From positions 77,389,678-77,431,858 of the forward strand of contig NC_068985.1 of NCBI RefSeq assembly GCF_001194135.2: 42,181 nucleotides of DNA, in the 5' to 3' direction. The translations under genes were made by a program, and so were the position numbers. Positions 36,191 through 42,181 of the stretch are shown here, one piece after another. The first letter of the stretch is position 1. Each line of letters opens with the position of its first letter. The DNA is from Octopus bimaculoides. Its lineage: Eukaryota. Under the pieces are notes generated by a model. That model was not told the origin of the DNA. It searched no databases and saw nothing but the letters and a program-made list of their open reading frames with translations.

Positions 36191-36635
36191 TTCTGAGTTC
36201 AAATTCTGCCGAGGTTTACTTTACCTTTCATCTTTTCGGGGTCGATAAATTAAGTAAATTAAGTACCAGTTACGCACTGGAGTCGATGTAATCGACTTAA
36301 TCCCTTTGTCTGTCCTTATTTGTCCCCTCTGTGTTTAGCCCCTTGTGGGCAATAAAGAAATAAGAAACGTTAGCACGTCGGGCGAAATGCTTAGTGGTAT
36401 TTCGCCCATCGCTACGAGATCCATTCTATGTTTAGCCCCCCGTGGGCAATAAAGAAATTGATATTTCGTCTGTCTTTACTTTCTGAGTTCAAATTCTGCC
36501 GAGGTTTACTTTACCTTTCATCTTTTCGGGGTCGATAAATTAAGTAAATTAAGTACCAGTTACGTATTGGAGTAGATCTAATCGACTGGCCCCCTCCCAC
36601 AAAATTTCGGGCCTTGTGCCTAGAGTAGAAAAGAA
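36191..36635 (+). mobile_element. Tandem/compound SINE family A
   Basis: 36191-36273 matches 36481-36563, including a TAAATTAAG duplication; the linker CCTTGTGGGCAATAAAGAAAT matches the 10225 linker. Confidence 0.85.
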
Positions 36636-37399
36636 TATATAATTATATGAATATGTATTATGTATCGCTCTCTCTTTCTCCCCACTCTCTCTTTCTCCCT
36701 GCTCTTTCTTTTCCTCCCCGTTCTCTCTTTCTCCCCGCTCTTTCTTTCTCTATTGAATTCATCCTCGCTGTTGTTAGCACACCCTCACTCACAAACTATG
36801 TTGAAGATACCAAAACAGCGAAAGCAACAAAATTCTTGATGGTGTGAACGACCTACAAAAGCCTTCAATGTCATATACTAGTGAGAACATATGCAATTCA
36901 ATACTAGAAAATTTTAAGCACTCTGCTATCAGCTCTCTAAGACATTGCGACTTGACTGCACAAAGAGGGCCAGCAATCCTAGAGTAAAGAAAAAAAAAAA
37001 CGAAAAAATCTGCGTGACCTGAAAATTGTAATTTGTAATGACGCATTATAAACCTATGTGCAATATATTACAAAGGCGTTCCGCCGAGGTCGACTCTGCC
37101 TTTCATCCTTTCAGGGTCAATAAAATGGGTATCAGTTGAGCACTGGAGTTCACGTAATCGTTTAACCCCCACCCCTGAAATTTCTGGCCGTGTGTAGAAA
37201 GGATATTACTATGAAAGCAACGTCGTGCTGACGACTAGTTTCATCGATCCTGAGAGCTATAACAAGAGACTAAGCTGCTGCTGAGGAAAACAACTGCTTA
37301 CAGTTGTCTGAATTGTTACTCTCTTCTATGGTTGGTCCTTTCATCGCAAGGTCACTACTTAAATGGATGCAATTCCAGTTCAAAGGATTTCGTATCCTT

Positions 37400-37850
37400 T
37401 ATTTTTTACTTGCTTCAGTCATTGGATTGCAGCCATGCTGAGGCACTGCCTTGAAGGGTTTTGTCGAACAAATCAAACCCTGTACTTATTTTTAAAACTT
37501 GGTACTTATTCTATCGGCGTGCGTGTGTATATGTGCGCGCAGGATGTCTTTCAATTTCCATCTATCAAATTCGCTCAGAAGGCTTTGGTCGACCCGGGTC
37601 TATAGGAGAAGACACTTGCGTAGGGTGACATGCAGTGGACTAAGCCCAGAACCATGAGATCAAGAAGCAAACTGTTTCATTGATGACGATAAATTACATA
37701 TAAGACGGCTTCTTTCAGTTTCCATCTACCAAATCCACTCACAAGGTTTTGGTGAACTCAGGACTTTAGTAGAAGATACCGAAGGTGCCCTACAGTGGAA
37801 CTGAGACCGAAACCATATGGTTGGGAAGCAAGCTTTTTACCGCACAGCGT
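37400..37850 (-). mobile_element. SINE family B tail plus two head fragments
   Basis: GCAGCCATGCTGAGGCACTGCC tail; two CCAAAT(T/C)C(G/A)CTCA(G/C)AAGG heads. Confidence 0.7.
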
Positions 37851-38809
37851 CTATAAGAAGTAAACTATTGGAAGAAGTTGAAAACTTTACGACTTTATTT
37901 AAGTATTAATCTAAGATTACACTGAGTAACACGATTTTTGTCCTTGGGCAGCAACTGTTATTACCTATTTGCTTACCCCTAGAAAGTATGAAAAACAGCT
38001 ATTTCCTTCAAACTTTGATTTTGTAACATTTATTCAAACCTCAAAGAATCCCTTTTAGCACATGACTATGAGGCTCTCCCACTACACCTGTTCATGATCT
38101 GAGATGCACATATTGTCAGCCACTAGGGACATGTTTCAAGTAATTAAGGTGAAGCAACTGACAAACAAATCTGTGGTATTGAGCAGAATATTTGCTATAA
38201 CGATATTTCTGCTTCAGCAATTCAGTGCTGAATCTGTCTGAAATATAATGGAAAATATGTCTGTTTCAAAACATTGATGCCCGGGTCACAAAAGCAAAGT
38301 TTGCAGGGAATAGTAGTCATTTCCTTTGAATTCTAGATAGAAGCAAATAGGAAATAACACTTACTGACCAAAGGCAGAAAAAAAGAAAAAATTTGTTACA
38401 CAGTCATTTTATCATAGCAAGTGAGGGCTAAGCTTTTGGCAAAATCACTAGAAAATATACCTTTCGGTATTATTTTCTACTCATTATGTTCTGATTTCAA
38501 ATCTCACCGAGGTCAACTTTGCCTTTCATTCTTCCTGTATCAGTAAAATAGAATACAGGTCAAGAACTGAGATTTGTGGTATGATAAGTACCCTCTCCTC
38601 AAAATTGCTGGTAATTAAAGGAAGTTTGAGAACAATATGAGTAACATTTGCTGATGGAAAGACTCAATATTAAAAGCAAGCTCAAATTTTTAAAATAAAA
38701 TTCTTATTGATAGAGAATAACAATAATCCTTTCACCCGCCGAAATTATAAAATTCTTTTTTGTCTTATTTAACCACATAGGTTAAATAAAACGAAAAAAT
38801 TTACAAAAC

Positions 38810-39130
38810 TTTATCCAGTTGACAAGAGGAAGACATGTAGTAAATTTTAGTTGGAAGCACTTAAAGGTATGGTACCAAATCTCAGCATCGAAAGCCATAA
38901 GGGACTTAGGAAGTAAGGATTCGTAGGAGACATGATGATGGTTTCTGTTAATTCCCGAGGAGAGATAGAGTGTCGTGGGTTGCTTGATACGTCCACATGT
39001 CCTACTAGACTAACATTGAACTCGACAGAAATATTAAGGTAGTAATTTTCGTGATGTAGAGAGAACAATGTTTTATCATTCATATGCTGAAGGCATCTGA
39101 AAGAAAGACCCAGGCGTTCAGTGAATACTA
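38810..39130 (+). mobile_element. Highly decayed CR1-like LINE 3' remnant
   Basis: SWKH then frameshift LKGMVPNLSIES parallels IWKFLKGLVPNFSME at 30110-30150. Confidence 0.45.
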
Positions 39131-39164
39131 AATCCTCAGTAAATAGTAAAATAATAATGGTTTC

Positions 39165-39280
39165 AAATTTTAGCACAAGGACAGCAATTTAGTGGGAGGG
39201 GGTAAGTCGATTACATCGATCCCAGTGTTCAACTGGTCCTTATTTTATCGACCTGTAAAGAATGAAAGACAAAGTCGACC
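39165..39280 (-). mobile_element. SINE family A 3' half
   Basis: TTTCAAATTTTAGCACAAGG...AGTCGATTACATCGATCCCAGT...AAAGTCGACC. Confidence 0.75.
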
Positions 39281-39289
39281 CCTTCCTGC

Positions 39290-39645
39290 ATGGACGGTAA
39301 TCTTGGGATCATTCTTAAATAATTTTCAGTTCCTTTTTTGATGTGCTCCTACAATCACTGTTATTGTAACCGTCTTGAGATGCCATCTTTGCTTCTATTA
39401 CTGTGTGGTAGTAATAAATGTTGATTAGTTTCGACTTGTACTTGAGATAAACATAAATATGTGAGGGTTGGAGGGGATAACAGGAGAAAGAGAAGCAGTT
39501 TGGGGAATAGACCAAATTCCACAGGTCTGTAAATAAGTTCAGCAGATGGTGAGAAGGAGCTTAATAATGGGGCTTCGCATTCCATTGCGATCAAGAGACA
39601 AAGGAAGCGTTACATCCATACGGTCAGCAAAGGTCAAATGTGTTT
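39290..39645 (-). mobile_element. Possible decayed CR1-like LINE 3' remnant
   Basis: Minus strand fragments LIYRPVEF, IYVYLK, GYNNS and KKEL occur in the order expected for the CR1 RT tail; weak. Confidence 0.3.
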
Positions 39646-40002
39646 NNNNNNNNNNNNNNNNNNNNNNNNNNNNNNNNNNNNNNNNNNNNNNNNNNNNNNN
39701 NNNNNNNNNNNNNNNNNNNNNNNNNNNNNNNNNNNNNNNNNNNNNNNNNNNNNNNNNNNNNNNNNNNNNNNNNNNNNNNNNNNNNNNNNNNNNNNNNNNN
39801 NNNNNNNNNNNNNNNNNNNNTATATACTGATGCTTACATCGTTGAATTTTTGAATTTTTTTTTTGGGGGGGGGGATATTTTAAAAATTTTCCTTTTCTTT
39901 TTATAGGTTTTGCTGTGGTTTACACTTTTCGTAATCGTGCAGTTTGTTTATATTGGCAGGTGCTTATCTCCTTAGTTCTTATCGTGCGTTTAATTTGTTG
40001 CT

Positions 40003-40440
40003 GCAATAAAAGGTGTGTTTACATATTCGAGTAGTCAGGGAGAAAAGAAGGGTAAAATTTTCACAGAAAGTTGTAGATATTAAAGTTTTTAATTTTCTAA
40101 AGATGATCGCTTGTATGTCCGACCAGAGAAAACTGTAGTGTTCTTGCAATAAAAAGGGTGTTTACATTTTCGAATACTCAGGGAGAAAGGAAAGGAAAGA
40201 AGTGTGAAGTTTTCATATAAAATTGTAGATATTAAAGTTTTTAAATTTTCTAAAGATGATCGTTTGAATGTCCGCACAGAGAAAACTGTAGTGTTCTTGC
40301 AATAAAAAGTATGTTTACATTTTCGAATATTCAGGGAGAATGGAAAGGGTAGGCATTCACAGAAGTTGTTAATATACTAAAGTTTTTAAAAGTTTTTATA
40401 GATGATCGTTTGTGTGTTCGTCCAGAGAAAATTGTAGATA
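40003..40440. repeat. Tandem repeat, about 3 copies of a ~143-153 bp unit
   Basis: GCAATAAAA...GTTTACAT starts at 40003, 40146 and 40299; shared CAGGGAGAA, GATGATCG and CAGAGAAAA. Confidence 0.9.
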
Positions 40441-40574
40441 TGTAAGTTTCTAAACTTATTTTGAGGGGAATTTAAAATACTCACAGGAGATGTAGACGTT
40501 CCAGTTTTTGAAAGTTATTATTATTATTATCATTACTATTATTATTATTATTATTATTATCGTTATTATTATTA

Positions 40575-42090
40575 AACAACTGGGAAATGAAAACTATCGA
40601 AGAGAAAGACAAGACCAACACCTGGAGATACCTAAGGAAAATTGTTCTGAAAAGATGTACTGAAGCATTGATGTGCCTCCCCCCAACCCAAGACAAGCTC
40701 TGAAAACTAATTACACCAAGTTCCAAATAGATAAGAGCAGTGAATCGCCCCTTTGTAGGGTGTGTGGCATCAAAACTAAAACAGTTCACATACCCTGGGT
40801 GAATGCAGCAAATTGGCCCAAAAGAAAAACAAAAGGAGGTACAATAACGTAGTTAAGGATTTTCATTGGAAATTGTGTGATAAGTACAGCCTTGAAATAA
40901 TAATGAAATGGTACATCGAGAATAATGAGATCTTGTGGGATTTTACAATCCAGTGTGATTCAGTGACTGGTGCTCGGAGAACATCAGTGACTGATGTTCG
41001 GAGATAAAATGATGAAGGAAACCACCTGGGGATGTGCGGCTAGGTGACAAAGAATTAGAAAAGATTGAGAAGTACAACCCACTAAAAGATGAAATCTCAC
41101 GCACGTGGGCAATGAAGAACTTAAATGTTATCTCAGTAGTTGTAGGGGCACTGAGAGCATTAACGACCACGTTTGAGAAATTTGTTGGAGAAATTGGGAT
41201 TGTCTTAAGGATAGAACATGCTCAGAAAACTGCTTGGATCTTTGTGGTTTCGTCACCGTTTACAATTATCTTTTTAAAATGTTTTTAATGTATCATACAG
41301 ATGTAATTTTTGACACTGAATCCGAATTTGTTATTCATTTATTTTAGAAAAATTTTGCAAAAATGTTACAGGTGTTCAAAGTTCGATAATTTTCAGAATT
41401 TTCAGCCAATCAGAAAACAGCGAGTTCGCTGCCTCTTCCATCGTCAGGGATGGCGGGGGAGGGGGTCATCGGCATGCCAAAACATTGCTACTTTCCTTGT
41501 ACACGCACACACATACACACATATACTCACACAGTTGAAACGCTCTCACTACCAGTTTGCCATCACTCCTTCCTTCCTTACTCATTTATCACCCCTTCCT
41601 TTCTCATTCATCTAACACCCCTTCCTTTCTCATTCATATGTTGTGACGGAGAAAAACACGAGGGTATTATTATAGTAAGAAGATTATCTTTCTCGTATCT
41701 CCTTCTCCTCCTTGTGCTCATGCTCAGCATCTTTGGTTACGATGGAAACAGAGTTTTTCGCTACGGTGATGTGTAAAACACTCGCTTCTGATTGGCTAAA
41801 ATACCCAAATTTTGCAACTTTTAATGGCTAATAACTTATCAATTGTGGATTTATAGGGAAAATGAATTTCATTTTCATAATTAGTATATAAAACTTAATC
41901 CATATACCAGATTTGAAAACAATTGGAACAAAATTGTAAACGGTGACGAAAGCCACAAAGATCCAACTGCTTTATTAGGGACAACGAGGATTGGTACTTA
42001 AATATTGTGAAAAGAGAGCCTGTGAAACCCCCTTGACAACTGAATTAGCCGGAGCAAGTTAAACTGAGAGCTCTGAGAAGTGAAAAGTAA
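40575..42090 (+). mobile_element. R4/Dong-like RLE LINE 3' fragment, interrupted by a MITE
   Basis: QALKTNYTKFQID, CRVC...H...GEC knuckle, ILWDFTIQCD, EKIEKYNPLKDEI, and AQKTA|LLGTTRI rejoined across the insertion; (TAA)n tail at 42088-42116. Confidence 0.85.
41236..41964. mobile_element. MITE with GGATC termini and 8-bp TSD (Merlin-like by inference)
   Basis: TIRs GGATCTTTGTGGTTTCGTCACCGTTTACAATT and AATTGTAAACGGTGACGAAAGCCACAAAGATCC; TSD AACTGCTT at 41228-41235 and 41965-41972. Confidence 0.9.
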
Positions 42091-42181
42091 ATAATGATAA
42101 TAATAATAATAATAATTAATTCGTTTTATTGGCCACAAGGGCTAATATCAATTAAAGACATATAAGGACAAAGACAGGACG

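Noticed and set aside
38847-39176. 109-aa minus-strand ORF as a host exon
   Set aside because: Better explained as the antisense of a decayed CR1-like tail; no recognisable protein.

Overview
Eukaryotic, AT-rich, repeat-dense draft-assembly window. It has 11 N-gaps totalling about 5 kb, which produce every long X-filled ORF. The repeat families look like octopus (coleoid cephalopod) SINEs; this is inference from recognition, not a database match. I find no confidently identifiable host gene, RNA gene or CRISPR array, so the window is probably intronic or intergenic. Transposon content: a near full-length dead mariner (4753-6017), a maT-like transposase 3' remnant, a Helitron Rep/Hel N-terminal fragment, L1/Tx1, RTE, CR1-like and R4/Dong-like LINE fragments, Penelope-like remnants, three tRNA-derived SINE families, several MITEs and many microsatellites. 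The most interesting signals are five: (i) candidate self-cleaving ribozymes, namely a minimal hammerhead inside a perfect 34-bp inverted repeat (30651-30686) and an atypical HDV-like fold (34823-34944); (ii) a GGATC-terminated TIR family, with one copy carrying a TTAGGG/TTTTAGGG telomere-type array and another with a clean 8-bp TSD inside a LINE; (iii) a three-unit compound SINE bounded by a single 14-bp TSD; (iv) a roughly 167-nt imperfect hairpin; (v) a near-identical local inverted duplication. All boundaries were read by eye and are approximate unless a TSD or TIR is quoted.
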